DNA of 44,227 bases from an uncultured Clostridia bacterium (lineage in GTDB: Bacteria > Bacillota > Clostridia > TANB77 > CAG-508): positions 1 through 44,227 of the forward strand of contig CASUIT010000001.1 in the NCBI GenBank assembly GCA_949455995.1, given 5' to 3'. The notes under the pieces were generated by a model. The model did not search any database. It was given only the letters and a program-made list of their open reading frames with translations, and was not told where the DNA came from. The position numbers and the translations under genes are program-made. Positions 26,991-38,787 of the stretch are shown here, piece by piece (the stretch's first letter is position 1; each line of letters starts with the position of its first letter).

Positions 26991-27296
26991 TTTATCACCC
27001 CCTAGAATTGTTTTAAATCAATTCTTATTATTTACTAGGCTAACTTGTTGATATTAAATATAAATCTTAAATTTCACACAATGTCGTTGTGATTTCACAT
27101 ATATAATAGTAGGTAATATTATATAAAATCTCCATATCCATTGTAGCTCTAGCTATTAGCAGGATAAATGCTAATATGTATTTTGTCAAGCATGAGCTAC
27201 TGGATCATTTCATATTTTATAGCACAAAAAAACTCCACCCTTTCACTAATACAATATTATGTAAAAGTGAAAAAGTGGAGTTTTAAAGTTGAAAAA

Positions 27297-27995
27297 TTAT
27301 TTTTTATTTTTAGATTCATTATTACTTATATAAAAATTCTTTAATGCTTCTCGTATATAGCAATTAAAAGTATTATTAATTGCATTACTTAATTCTTTGG
27401 ATGAATATATCTCTAATACATCTACAATATCTTGATATGGTATTGTTTGTGATGGATATTCTTTTAAAATTTTAGATATTACTTTGGTGCTTTCAGTCTG
27501 AAAAATAGTATATAAGTCTTCATCTGCAATTATTGTATTTGCTATATCTAGATGTTTTATCATTTTGGGTGTATTAAATAATGGTCCAACATCAATATCT
27601 TTCTCAGGTAATTTGGCTAAAGTATTAATAGCTTCATCTGTTAAATGAGTACGGTTTTTTATTTCTTGATTACTAATATTTTGACATTCAATGTCTCCTC
27701 GTAAATGTGATATTGTATATAATGGTAAATTTTTCTTTTTAGCTTCTTCATTTAGAACATCTAGTATTTTTAATAATTTTGCATATTTAGGTAATTGTAT
27801 TCCAGCAGTCCATGCAGAAATAGTTGACTTATCAACTCCAACTTTTTCTGCAAAATCAATAGGTCTTAATCCAACATCTTTAATAGCTTTTTCTAATATC
27901 TGTCCACATGCATTTCTATATTTTTCATTTATTTTCTCTTCTTCTTTTTCTATTTCTTTTTTTGATTTTATGTTTTGATTTTCAAAACTTTCCAT
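27297..27995 (-). CDS. XRE-family HTH protein, candidate element repressor
   Basis: LRPIDFAEKVGVDKSTISAWTAGIQLPKYAKLLKILDVL. It is divergent from the rightward replication/integration operon. Confidence 0.7.
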   Translation of the reverse strand: MESFENQNIKSKKEIEKEEEKINEKYRNACGQILEKAIKDVGLRPIDFAEKVGVDKSTISAWTAGIQLPKYAKLLKILDVLNEEAKKKNLPLYTISHLRGDIECQNISNQEIKNRTHLTDEAINTLAKLPEKDIDVGPLFNTPKMIKHLDIANTIIADEDLYTIFQTESTKVISKILKEYPSQTIPYQDIVDVLEIYSSKELSNAINNTFNCYIREALKNFYISNNESKNKK

Positions 27996-28053
27996 TTAAA
28001 ATCCCTCCAATGTTTTGTGTTTAAAATCCATCAAATTATTGTAGCTGTAAGTA

Positions 28054-28083
28054 TTGACGAGTTGTAAAATTCTATGTTAATAT
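28054..28083 (+). promoter_or_regulatory. Candidate sigma-A promoter of the rightward operon
   Basis: TTGACG (28054-28059), a 17-18 nt spacer, then TAATAT. Confidence 0.45.
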
Positions 28084-28186
28084 AAAAAGCACATTAAAAC
28101 TGTTGCTTAATTTCACAGCACATTTGCTACTAGATTATATCACAAGTGCTATTAAAAAACAATTTGAAGAAAGGAGATAATGCAAG

Positions 28187-28306
28187 ATGGGAAGTACGAC
28201 AATAAACAAACTAGAAAGAAATGCTCTGGCATTTAGGCAGGAAGCTAATGGATACATTCAATATATGATGTATACGCTTTCTGCCAGCACATTGAAAATT
28301 AAATAG
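28187..28306 (+). CDS. Candidate small protein (39 aa)
   Basis: AAGGAG RBS 7 nt upstream. Translation is MGSTTINKLERNALAFRQEANGYIQYMMYTLSASTLKIK. It is below the ORF-track cut-off. Confidence 0.35.
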   Translation: MGSTTINKLERNALAFRQEANGYIQYMMYTLSASTLKIK

Positions 28307-28323
28307 GAAAAGAGGTGAGAAAA

Positions 28324-28497
28324 ATGGCAATGTCAGAGAAATACATGCGAGAGTTTGCTCAAATGATTGCAAATTCTGATGATAACTTCGAGATAAACTT
28401 TCCTGATTGTGATAATCACATTCAAGAAATTCAAAAATTTTATACTATACTTATCGAAGAACTAACAAAAAATGAAACCCAACAGATTCGAGCCTAA
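28324..28497 (+). CDS. Hypothetical small protein
   Basis: ATG at 28324 preceded by GAGGTGAG. The ORF track starts it at an alternative GTG at 28315. Confidence 0.45.
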   Translation: MAMSEKYMREFAQMIANSDDNFEINFPDCDNHIQEIQKFYTILIEELTKNETQQIRA

Positions 28498-28608
28498 AGG
28501 GTTTCAAAACATAATATAGGTGCTGTTTGCAAATATATTTCACTTACTATTATACAACAATGGTCCATAATATACAAGCAATAGCACCTATATTTCAAAA
28601 AATTATAA

Positions 28609-30759
<2,151 letters not shown>

Positions 30760-30825
30760 ATAATATATGCCTTATCTATTACAGGTAAGGCATATAAATA
30801 AATTAATTTTAGAGGAGATTTTGTC

Positions 30826-31593
30826 ATGGAAAAAAACAAATATAAAATAGAAAAAGATTTATTTTCAACTATGTTTAAAAAAGTTGATAAAGATGAAACA
30901 GGATTTAGTGGATTAATTGAGTTGACAGATGAAGAATTGCAACAAAAGGTTAAACAATGTAAAGAACATGGATTTGAAGCAATAACCTGCCATCAAGAGC
31001 ATTTTGGAGATGGTATGAGATTTGTAAAAGATGGAGAAGGACTAGAAGATATAAAAACAATGAACTATTCTCAATTAAAGAATTTTCTAAATCAATGCAA
31101 AAAAGAAGTTGAAAATATATGCAAAAAGGAAATTCTTAATGGAAATATAGAAGAAATAAGACTAGGTAATTATCCATTTTATATTGGAGATAGAGTTTAT
31201 GATATTTTATCCCAATATTTTATATCTCGTGGAATCGCTGTACGAAATATTATGCCCTTAGAAAGTCTACTATATCTTATTTCATGCATAGGGAATATAT
31301 TTGAAACACTAGAAGTTTTATATAGATTAAGAAAACAACATATATATATTTATTTTATTAATTCTGGAATTTTGTCAGCATACTGCGAAGATACATGTTA
31401 TGATTTAGATTATTTAAGCACTCTTTTAAATGAATATTATTTAGAAGATTTATTGACTATAATGCAGAAAAAAAATCAATTAACAAATGAGCAATATGAA
31501 AAATATTCTTGGTTTCCTTATAAATATGATACTGATATGAGTGTTATGGATACTAAAGAATTTGAAAATTGCATGACTTATTGGGGGTTATAA
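30826..31593 (+). CDS. Hypothetical protein
   Basis: 255 aa ORF with a GGAG RBS and no motif. Confidence 0.55.
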   Translation: MEKNKYKIEKDLFSTMFKKVDKDETGFSGLIELTDEELQQKVKQCKEHGFEAITCHQEHFGDGMRFVKDGEGLEDIKTMNYSQLKNFLNQCKKEVENICKKEILNGNIEEIRLGNYPFYIGDRVYDILSQYFISRGIAVRNIMPLESLLYLISCIGNIFETLEVLYRLRKQHIYIYFINSGILSAYCEDTCYDLDYLSTLLNEYYLEDLLTIMQKKNQLTNEQYEKYSWFPYKYDTDMSVMDTKEFENCMTYWGL

Positions 31594-31696
31594 ACCTCAA
31601 TATATAATTTAGTAATAAAAACAAATAAAATTGAATGAGCTTACTATTAGATGAATACTCTTTTATCCCTCATTCCAGTTTGGAAAGAAGGAGAAA

Positions 31697-31885
31697 ATGG
31701 AAGATAAACCAATTTTAATAACAGTAAAAGAATGTAGTAAATTATTGAATATGGGAGAGAAAATTATTCGTAAATTTACTAAAATGAAAGGATTTCCTGC
31801 AATTATTTTACCTCATAAAATCCTTATAGATAAAAATCAGCTACCAACATGGATTTCAAAGAATTATGGAACTTTTAAGAACTAA
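31697..31885 (+). CDS. xis: Excisionase-family HTH protein
   Basis: ITVKECSKLLNMGEKIIRKFTKMKGFPAI is MerR/HTH_17-like. It lies immediately upstream of int. Confidence 0.7.
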   Translation: MEDKPILITVKECSKLLNMGEKIIRKFTKMKGFPAIILPHKILIDKNQLPTWISKNYGTFKN

Positions 31886-31988
31886 ATTTATGTTATTGAG
31901 TTTTTAAACAATTTGATATAAGCTAGGAAGGAATTTATTTTGGTAATTTTTCCTAGCTTATTTATAAGAATAAGGAGGAAATAATTAA

Positions 31989-33567
31989 ATGGAAAAGATA
32001 AAAGAAAGAACAGAACAATATTCTGTATCTGTTCGTGTTACAAATAATGGATATTTTGAAGCAAGAATATCCATCAAGATAGGTGGTGGTAGAAGTCCAA
32101 GAATACAGAAAGGTGGAAGGACAGAAGAACTGGCAGTATTAAATCTTTTAACTGCATTAGAAAATCATATTGATACTTGTTATAACTCTGGAATAATAAC
32201 TACTAAAATAGATGACTGCATTCCACAAAGGTTAATGAAAAGTATAAATGATTTAGGACTTATAACACCTGAAATTAGCACTATAGCTTTAGCAATATTC
32301 AATAAAATAGCTTTTATTAATTCTAACATTATGAATACTATTGCTATTCCTAATAATGTTATATCATTCTATCCACCACAAAATAATATACCAAATTCAG
32401 TTGCTCCTGTTCCTGCTAATGTTTTTACAACTGCTCCTGCATTAGTACCAACTAATAATTTAATAGTTGAAACACCTAAGGAAAAACAGGAAATATGTGT
32501 TATTGAGGATATTGCTAATGAATGGCATATTTATAGATTATCATTATGTAAAAAGACAGAAGATAACCCTAAACCATTAAGCCAAACAACAGTTGATAAT
32601 AATTATAAAAGACTAAAAAATGATATACTTCCTTTTTTTAAAAAGAACAAAATAATCTATTTATCACAAATAACAGAAGACTGGGTTAAGTCATTACTAA
32701 AAAGCATAAAATGTCAAAACAGCAAACATAAGGCATACATAGCTTTAAATATGTTGTTCAAATATGCAATAAAGAATAAAAAAGCTACAATTAACCCTTT
32801 AGAAAAAATAGATAAACCACCTGAAAAAATTGATACAGGCAATGAGGAAGATGATGACAATTACATTGAACCTGATAGACAAGATATATGGTTAGATAAG
32901 TTTGAATCAGAATATGAAGAAAGCAGACTTCAAGACCAAAAAAGTGATATGTCTATTCTTTTTGAAACAATGCTACTTACAGGAATTAGACCTGAAGAAG
33001 CCTGTGGTCTTAAATGGACTGCACTCGACCTAAAAAACAATGAATTAATCATCAATAATGCTCATAAAGATTTTATCAAATATGATGAAAACGGAGAAGA
33101 AAATGGGCATTATAGAAGTGATGATAAACTAAAAACACCACAGTCTTATCGTAGAATACCTCTTAATCCTAGACTTAGAGAGATTTTACTAAAACATAAG
33201 AAATATCAACAAGAACTATTTAAGAAATCAAGAGCAATAAAAAGTAGAAAATGGAAATGGTCTGAAAATCAATATATGTTTTTAGGGAGAAACTATTATC
33301 CTTATGTTTCTGAAGATTTGGCTTATGGACTTCGTAAATTCCGTAACAAATATAATTTAGAGTATTGTTCTCCATATCGGATTAAGGCATTCTTTTGCTA
33401 CATACTGCTCTGAACATGGTATGGAAGAAATTGTACTTATGAAATTGATGGGACATTCTAACTTTGAAACCACTCAAAAATACTATATTAAAGTTTCTGC
33501 TAAACGAAAGAGATTAGCAATGCAAGAAGCATACAAAGTAGTATTTTATGAAAGAAAAGCAAGTTAA
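31989..33567 (+). CDS. int: Tyrosine site-specific integrase, frame interrupted at an in-frame CGG
   Basis: Core-binding and catalytic domains (..LLTGIRPEEACGLKW..). The break is at CGG 33378-33380. The +1 frame gives SPY-GLRHSFATYCSEHGMEEIVLMKLMGHSNFETTQKYYIKV (HxxR, H and the catalytic Y), with a stop at 33565-33567. Confidence 0.85.
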
Positions 33568-33575
33568 TAATAAAA

Positions 33576-33605
33576 AGAACTTATATAAACCAATATATAA
33601 GTTCT
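33576..33605 (+). terminator. Hairpin terminator after int
   Basis: AGAACTTATATA / TATATAAGTTCT 12-bp stem. Confidence 0.6.
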
Positions 33606-33664
33606 CCTACTATTATAATTTCTCTATCTCCTATCTAGCAAATATGAATAGAAAAATTATATAA

Positions 33665-33741
33665 TGGTGTACCAGAAGGGATTTGAACCCCCGACCTGCA
33701 GTTTAGGAAACTGACGCTCTATCCTACTGAGCTACTGGTAC
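33665..33741 (-). tRNA. Complete tRNA-Arg(CCT) carried inside the element
   Basis: GTACCAG TA GCTC AGTAGGATA GAGC G TCAGT TTCCTAA ACTGC AGGTC GGGGG TTCAAAT CCCTT CTGGTAC A CCA forms a cloverleaf with one T-C mismatch at the top of the anticodon stem. The anticodon is CCT. Confidence 0.85.
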
Positions 33742-33787
33742 ATATCTTATTAAATTGTACTATAAATTAATGGTACTTATTTATTTT

Positions 33788-33818
33788 TTCCCCAATTAAG
33801 TTGGGGAAACTTGGGGAA
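33788..33818. repeat. Three TTGGGGAA motifs (one inverted) near the right end of the element
   Basis: TTCCCCAA at 33788-33795, and TTGGGGAA at 33801-33808 and 33811-33818. Confidence 0.45.
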
Positions 33819-33909
33819 ATGCTAACTTTATATCTATATATTGCTAATGGCTATCCCCTTACATATAACAATACTTTAAGACTTTTCACTCTCCCCCTAA
33901 AGTGCTTGT

Positions 33910-33948
33910 TTAGGAGGGCGACGCTCTATCCTGGTGAGCTACTGGTAC
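33910..33948 (-). pseudogene. 5' half of the split tRNA-Arg(CCT) gene
   Basis: The minus strand reads GTACCAG TA GCTC ACCAGGATA GAGC G TCGCC CTCCTAA and then diverges (ACAAGCAC...). The anticodon stem TCGCC is complementary to GGCGA at 15115-15111. Confidence 0.8.
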
Positions 33949-34011
33949 ATCTTCCAAAATTATTATATTATATTTTATAAAAAAAAGCAAGTAAACAAAA
34001 ATAGTATACCA

Positions 34012-34182
34012 TTACTTTTTTCCTTTTTGATAACATTCTTTTGCATTGGTAAATCCTATTAAATACATTTTTTTCATACATTCTTTATTATTAATTACAC
34101 ATTCCCATTCTTTTTTTGTAAATAATTTTTTGTTTTCTTGTATTCTTTCATATATAAAATTATCTAATGTTATATCTTTCAT
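34012..34182 (-). CDS. Hypothetical small protein (56 aa)
   Basis: GGAGG RBS. Translation is MKDITLDNFIYERIQENKKLFTKKEWECVINNKECMKKMYLIGFTNAKECYQKGKK. It is below the ORF-track cut-off. Confidence 0.45.
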   Translation of the reverse strand: MKDITLDNFIYERIQENKKLFTKKEWECVINNKECMKKMYLIGFTNAKECYQKGKK

Positions 34183-34442
34183 AAATGAAACCTCCTCTTT
34201 CGTATAAAGTCATTTGACTTTCACACTTAAAAAAGGTTATACTGATAATAGATATAAGACATACTTATCTTGATTTTTAAGTGTGTATTTTTGAAAGATA
34301 GCAAGGTTTTGCGGTCTGGCTATCTTTTTATTTTTCTTGCATTGTATTATACTATATATTATTTTAAAAAACAAAACCCGTTTTCGACAAAAAATTTCGC
34401 ATTGCCTTGAAAACACTGCGAAAATTTTGAAATTTTTTTATT

Positions 34443-34787
34443 TTATCTTTCTGATAAGATTCTGTTTCTTAAATTATGCCAATTACTTCCACTTATGTAT
34501 TTCAAACTTTCCGAATTTAATAAGTTATTTTCTTTAGCATAATAATTCCATTCTTTAATGCTTGGAAATCTAAAAAAAACTTTTGTTATTTTTCTTAAGT
34601 TTTTTATGGATTCTAAATATTTTATATAGATAAGAGCGTCTTTGTGGTATTGCCTTTCCTTTTGATAGTAATCATTTACTAATTCATTATATCTTTTACT
34701 TATTTTTCTTGTTCTTTCTGAATGTAATCCATGCTTTTCTATTATGTTGTTTAATTTCTCTCTTAATTTTTTAAAATCACTTATCAT
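34443..34787 (-). CDS. Hypothetical protein, possibly with a Spo0E-like N-terminal region
   Basis: KKLREKLNNIIEKHGLHSERTRKISKRYNELVNDYY loosely fits the Spo0E family pattern. An 11-bp-stem terminator lies downstream at about 34385-34421. Confidence 0.4.
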   Translation of the reverse strand: MISDFKKLREKLNNIIEKHGLHSERTRKISKRYNELVNDYYQKERQYHKDALIYIKYLESIKNLRKITKVFFRFPSIKEWNYYAKENNLLNSESLKYISGSNWHNLRNRILSER

Positions 34788-35069
34788 TTGTATTACTCAC
34801 TTTCTTTCTTTTTATTTTTCTTCTTTTTTTTAGGTATATTATAATTGAACTTTCGATGTAAAAAAAAGAAGCATTATGTTTTTTACATTTCTTTGTAGTT
34901 ATTTCTAATATTCTTATTTTCATTTTTTCTCCTTTCAAAGTTTCTTTTGATTGAACTTATTATAATATATCTCAATAAAACTGTCAACAATTTTATGAAA
35001 AAATTTTTTGTCGTTTACTTTCACTAAACCGTATGATATAATAATATAAATAAATAAAGTGAGGTAACT

Positions 35070-35444
35070 ATGGAAATAGATAAAATTATAGTAGGAAATC
35101 GAATAAAAACACTTCGTAAAGAACTAAATTTGACACAAGAAGAGCTAGCTTTAAAACTTGGTTTAAAAGGAAAATCAAGTATAGCTAACTACGAAAAAGG
35201 CTCCATTTGCCCTAGTGATGATATTAAGCTACAAATGTCAAAATTATTTAATTGTTCTATTGATTACTTAATGGGTAATTCTAATATTCGCAATTCTTCA
35301 AAAATAAATATGGATAACTTAGACATTGCATTTGCCAGTGGTATTAAAGGATTAAATAAAGAAAATCAAGAAATTGCAAAAAATATTATTGAAGGTTTAC
35401 TTGCCAAACAAAAAAATGAAGAAAATAAAAAAGGAGAAATTTAA
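35070..35444 (+). CDS. XRE-family HTH regulator (ImmR-like)
   Basis: IKTLRKELNLTQEELALKLGLKGKSSIANYEKGSICPSDDIKLQMSKLFNCSIDYLMG. Confidence 0.8.
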   Translation: MEIDKIIVGNRIKTLRKELNLTQEELALKLGLKGKSSIANYEKGSICPSDDIKLQMSKLFNCSIDYLMGNSNIRNSSKINMDNLDIAFASGIKGLNKENQEIAKNIIEGLLAKQKNEENKKGEI

Positions 35445-35461
35445 AACAAATAAAAAATAGC

Positions 35462-35878
35462 ATGGATACGAACGAATTATATAAAAAGATGGAAAACGAA
35501 AACATTCATTATATAGATCATAACCTGTATGGTACAGAAGGAATGATTACTCATTACGAAGATGTAACAGCCATTATAGTAGATGAAGAAAAAGCAAGTA
35601 CACAAGTTACAAAAAACACTGTTTTAATACAAGAACTAGGGCACTACATGGCTGGTGCCTATTATCGCACAAACAGTCCATATGAGTTGATTGACAAAAT
35701 GGAACATAAAGCAGATAAAAAAGCTTGGGAAGAATTCTTTCCTTACGAAGAAATAAAACAATTAATGAAAAAAGGATTAACAACCATAACACAACTAGCA
35801 GAATATTATGACGTCGAAGCTCCTTATATGGCTAGATGTATAAATTATTACTATAATCAGTACCATGGTTTTGAATAG
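35462..35878 (+). CDS. ImmA/IrrE-like protein with a degenerate metal site (QELGH instead of HExxH)
   Basis: It follows an XRE gene, as in ImmR/ImmA modules. The motif region reads VLIQELGHYMAG. Confidence 0.45.
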   Translation: MDTNELYKKMENENIHYIDHNLYGTEGMITHYEDVTAIIVDEEKASTQVTKNTVLIQELGHYMAGAYYRTNSPYELIDKMEHKADKKAWEEFFPYEEIKQLMKKGLTTITQLAEYYDVEAPYMARCINYYYNQYHGFE

Positions 35879-35889
35879 GAGGTATTACC

Positions 35890-36591
35890 ATGCAAAAAAT
35901 ATTAAGTCATATGAGAAAAGCCATTGAAACATACCAAATGATTGAGCAATCAGACAAGATCGCTGTATGCCTATCTGGAGGTAAAGATTCCATTACGATG
36001 CTACATGCTTTAAAAGCCCTTCAAAAATTTTATCCTAAAAATTTTGAATTAATTGCTATTAGTATCCATCCAGGATTTGAATTTTTTGATATCAAATTTT
36101 TACAAAAAATCTGCCATTCTTTAGAAATTCCATTATTCATCGAAAATAGTCATGCAAAAGAAATTGTATTTGATATTCGAAAAGAAAAAAATCCATGCTC
36201 TTTGTGTGCTAACTTGCGAAGAGGTGTCATTAACTCCATTGCCATTAGAGAAGGTTGTAACAAAATCGCCTTAGGACATAATCAAGACGATGTTTTAGAA
36301 ACTTTTTTACTAAACCTACTTTACACAGGAAATATTAGTACCTTTTCTCCTTGTAGTTATATGGATCGTTCTAAAATTACTCTTATCCGACCATTTGTCT
36401 TCACGCCAGAAAAAGAAATACGAAGATTTATTCGAAAAAATAATCTATCTGTTATGCCTAAAATCTGTCCTATGGATGGTACTTCTAAAAGAGAATATAT
36501 GAAACAATTAATCTTTACCCTAACTAAAGACATCCCTATGATTCGTGCCAATTTATTTGGTGCCATTCAAAGAAATCTAAAAGATTGGTAA
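35890..36591 (+). CDS. PP-loop ATPase, tRNA 2-thiocytidine synthase TtcA-like
   Basis: VCLSGGKDS PP-loop, plus GHNQDDVLETFLLNL, LIRPF and CxxC motifs. Confidence 0.75.
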   Translation: MQKILSHMRKAIETYQMIEQSDKIAVCLSGGKDSITMLHALKALQKFYPKNFELIAISIHPGFEFFDIKFLQKICHSLEIPLFIENSHAKEIVFDIRKEKNPCSLCANLRRGVINSIAIREGCNKIALGHNQDDVLETFLLNLLYTGNISTFSPCSYMDRSKITLIRPFVFTPEKEIRRFIRKNNLSVMPKICPMDGTSKREYMKQLIFTLTKDIPMIRANLFGAIQRNLKDW

Positions 36592-36680
36592 CAACAAAAT
36601 GAGCTGTAAGTTCCCTAAAATGTTTTGATTTTTAGACCAACTCACAGCCCTGTCTTTGTTCTTCCACCAAATTTGCTTTT
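36592..36680 (+). repeat. Copy A of an about 85-nt repeated hairpin-containing element
   Basis: AACAACAAAATGAGCTGTAAGTT...AACTCACAGCCCTGTCTTTGTTCTTCCACCAAATTTGC. It is related to the copy at 38511-38595. Confidence 0.5.
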
Positions 36681-36725
36681 TATTCGTTACAATTTAGATA
36701 ATCCTATTTTGACTAAAAAATAATT

Positions 36726-38450
36726 TTATTCTACTATTTTTAACATCGCTTCTTTTAATATTTCTAATTTTTCATTAGCTTCTTTTTGAGTATTCCCCTT
36801 TACTCCCATATACAGCTTAATTTTTGGCTCTGTTCCAGATGGTCTAATACAACACCAACTATCTTCTTCTAATTCATAATATAATACATTAGATTGTGGT
36901 AAGCCTGTTTTAGTAATTTCCCCTGTTTGCATGTTTTTTACAAAATCTTTTTGTATATCTTTAAAAGTTAATACTCGATAACCACCTACTTCTTCAATTG
37001 GTGTATTCCTCATTTTTGTCATCATATCTTTAATTTCTTGTGCTCCTTGTGCTCCCTCCCTAATAATAGATGGTTGTGCTTCTTTATAATATCCATATTT
37101 TTCATAAATGTCATTCATGGCATCCCAAAGTGTTTTATTTTGTGATTGATAATAACAAGCCGCTTCACACAATGCCATAACTGCTGCTATTCCATCTTTG
37201 TCTCTTGCATAATCTCCAATTAGACAACCATAACTTTCTTCATATCCAAATACATAAGTCTTATCTTTATTTTCTTCTGCTTTTTTCATTACTTTACCTA
37301 TGTTTTTAAATCCTGTTAATACTTCTATACATTCTAAATGATAATTTTTAGCTATTGCTTTTGCTAAATTAGAAGATACAATTGTTGTAATTAACATTCC
37401 ATCAGATGGCAATATTTTCTTTTCTTCCATTTGTGAAATTCTATATTCTGCAATTAATAAAGCAGACATATTTCCTGTATAACTCATATATTCTCCTGTT
37501 TTTGTATCTTTTGCAAAAATCCCTAAACGATCGGCATCTGGATCGGTTGCTAGTACCACATCAGCATCTACTTTCTTGGCTAGTTCTAAAGCTAATTTGA
37601 ATGCTTTTGGATCTTCTGGATTTGGATAATCCACTGTTGGAAAATTTCCATCTGGCTCACTTTGCTCTGGTACTACATACACATTTTCTAATCCTAATTC
37701 GTTTAAAAGTCTTTGGGTTATGGTATTTCCTGTTCCATGTAGAGGCGTATATACCACTTTCAATTTTTTTCCTTGTTCTTTCATCATTTCTGGATTTAAT
37801 ATAGAAGCTTTTAGTACATTTAAATATTTATCATCCATTTGAGAACCAATTATGGTTAGTAGTCCTTTTTCTATTGCCTCTTTTTTTGTCATTTGTTTTA
37901 TTTGGCTAAAACTTTCAACTGCTCTTACTTTTTCTATAATATCTTTATCCCTTGGCGACACTATTTGCGCTCCATCATCCCAATATACTTTATATCCATT
38001 ATATTTAGGTGGATTATGACTTGCTGTAATCATAACTCCTGCTGTACATCCTAAATCCCTTACGGCAAATGATAGTTCTGGCACTGGTCTTAGATTTTCA
38101 AATAAATACGCTTTTATCCCATTTGCACATAATATTAGTGCAGTTTGCATGCTAAATTCTTTTGACATTTTTCTAGAATCATAACTAATAACAACACCTT
38201 TTTGTTTAGTTCCTTGTTCTAATATATAATTTGCTAAACCTTGTGTTGCTTTTCCTACAGTATATTGGTTCATTCGATTGGTTCCTGCCCCTATTATTCC
38301 TCTTAATCCTGCAGTTCCAAATTCTAATTCTTTATAAAATCTATCTTCCACTTCCTCTTTGTCTTCTTTTATTGCTAATAACTCTTCTTTGGTTTGTTCA
38401 TCAAATTCTGGACTTTCACACCATTTTTTGTATTCTTCTAAATAATTCAT
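36726..38450 (-). CDS. Phosphoglucomutase/phosphomannomutase (alpha-D-phosphohexomutase family)
   Basis: Active-site loop TASHNPPKYNGYKV and Mg site ATDPDADR. The start MNYLEEYKKW is preceded by GGGAGG; the ORF-track start at 38495 is probably too far upstream. Confidence 0.88.
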   Translation of the reverse strand: MNYLEEYKKWCESPEFDEQTKEELLAIKEDKEEVEDRFYKELEFGTAGLRGIIGAGTNRMNQYTVGKATQGLANYILEQGTKQKGVVISYDSRKMSKEFSMQTALILCANGIKAYLFENLRPVPELSFAVRDLGCTAGVMITASHNPPKYNGYKVYWDDGAQIVSPRDKDIIEKVRAVESFSQIKQMTKKEAIEKGLLTIIGSQMDDKYLNVLKASILNPEMMKEQGKKLKVVYTPLHGTGNTITQRLLNELGLENVYVVPEQSEPDGNFPTVDYPNPEDPKAFKLALELAKKVDADVVLATDPDADRLGIFAKDTKTGEYMSYTGNMSALLIAEYRISQMEEKKILPSDGMLITTIVSSNLAKAIAKNYHLECIEVLTGFKNIGKVMKKAEENKDKTYVFGYEESYGCLIGDYARDKDGIAAVMALCEAACYYQSQNKTLWDAMNDIYEKYGYYKEAQPSIIREGAQGAQEIKDMMTKMRNTPIEEVGGYRVLTFKDIQKDFVKNMQTGEITKTGLPQSNVLYYELEEDSWCCIRPSGTEPKIKLYMGVKGNTQKEANEKLEILKEAMLKIVE

Positions 38451-38510
38451 AATAATGCCTCCCTTTCTTTTTACATTTATCTTATTATACTTCATTCATT
38501 TTAAATTGAC

Positions 38511-38595
38511 AACAACAAAAGGGTCATAATTAAAAATTTTTAACTTTTAACTAACTTACATGCCCCATCTTTGTTCGCCCGCAAAAATTCTGAAA
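38511..38595 (+). repeat. Copy B of the about 85-nt repeated element
   Basis: AACAACAAAAGGGTCATAATT...AACTTACATGCCCCATCTTTGTTCGCCCGCAAAAATTCTG is roughly 75-80 percent identical by eye to copy A, in the same orientation. Confidence 0.5.
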
Positions 38596-38674
38596 GAATT
38601 TTCTGTGGATTGTGTTTTTGTTTGCTTGCCAAAATTGTTATACAATTTTTTTGTAGCTTGATTGATGTTATAGG

Positions 38675-38718
38675 AAAAGAGTAAAATTTTTCTTTTTTAA
38701 GAACTATTTTACTCTTTT
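38675..38718. terminator. Terminator hairpin downstream of the pyrophosphorylase gene
   Basis: AAAAGAGTAAAAT / ATTTTACTCTTTT perfect 13-bp stem with flanking T-runs. Confidence 0.65.
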
Positions 38719-38787
38719 TTATATTTTTATTTTATTAAATTAAATATTAACCTATTTTTACATTACAACTTTAAGTATTTTTATGTT

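Noticed and set aside
15449-27277. A shared AAGTGAAAAAGTG core in the hairpins at 15417-15466 and 27235-27285, considered as recombinase crossover sites bracketing the 11.8 kb leftward gene block.
   Set aside because: Both lie exactly where terminators are expected, downstream of the recombinase and repressor genes. Each is individually palindromic. The similarity is short and AT-rich, so related terminators are the simpler explanation.
34777-34923. A 48-aa ORF with a good RBS (GAAAGGAG) overlapping the start of the 34443-34787 gene.
   Set aside because: The translation is K/R/I-rich and low in complexity. The region also contains an AT hairpin and probable promoter elements, so coding status is too uncertain to call.
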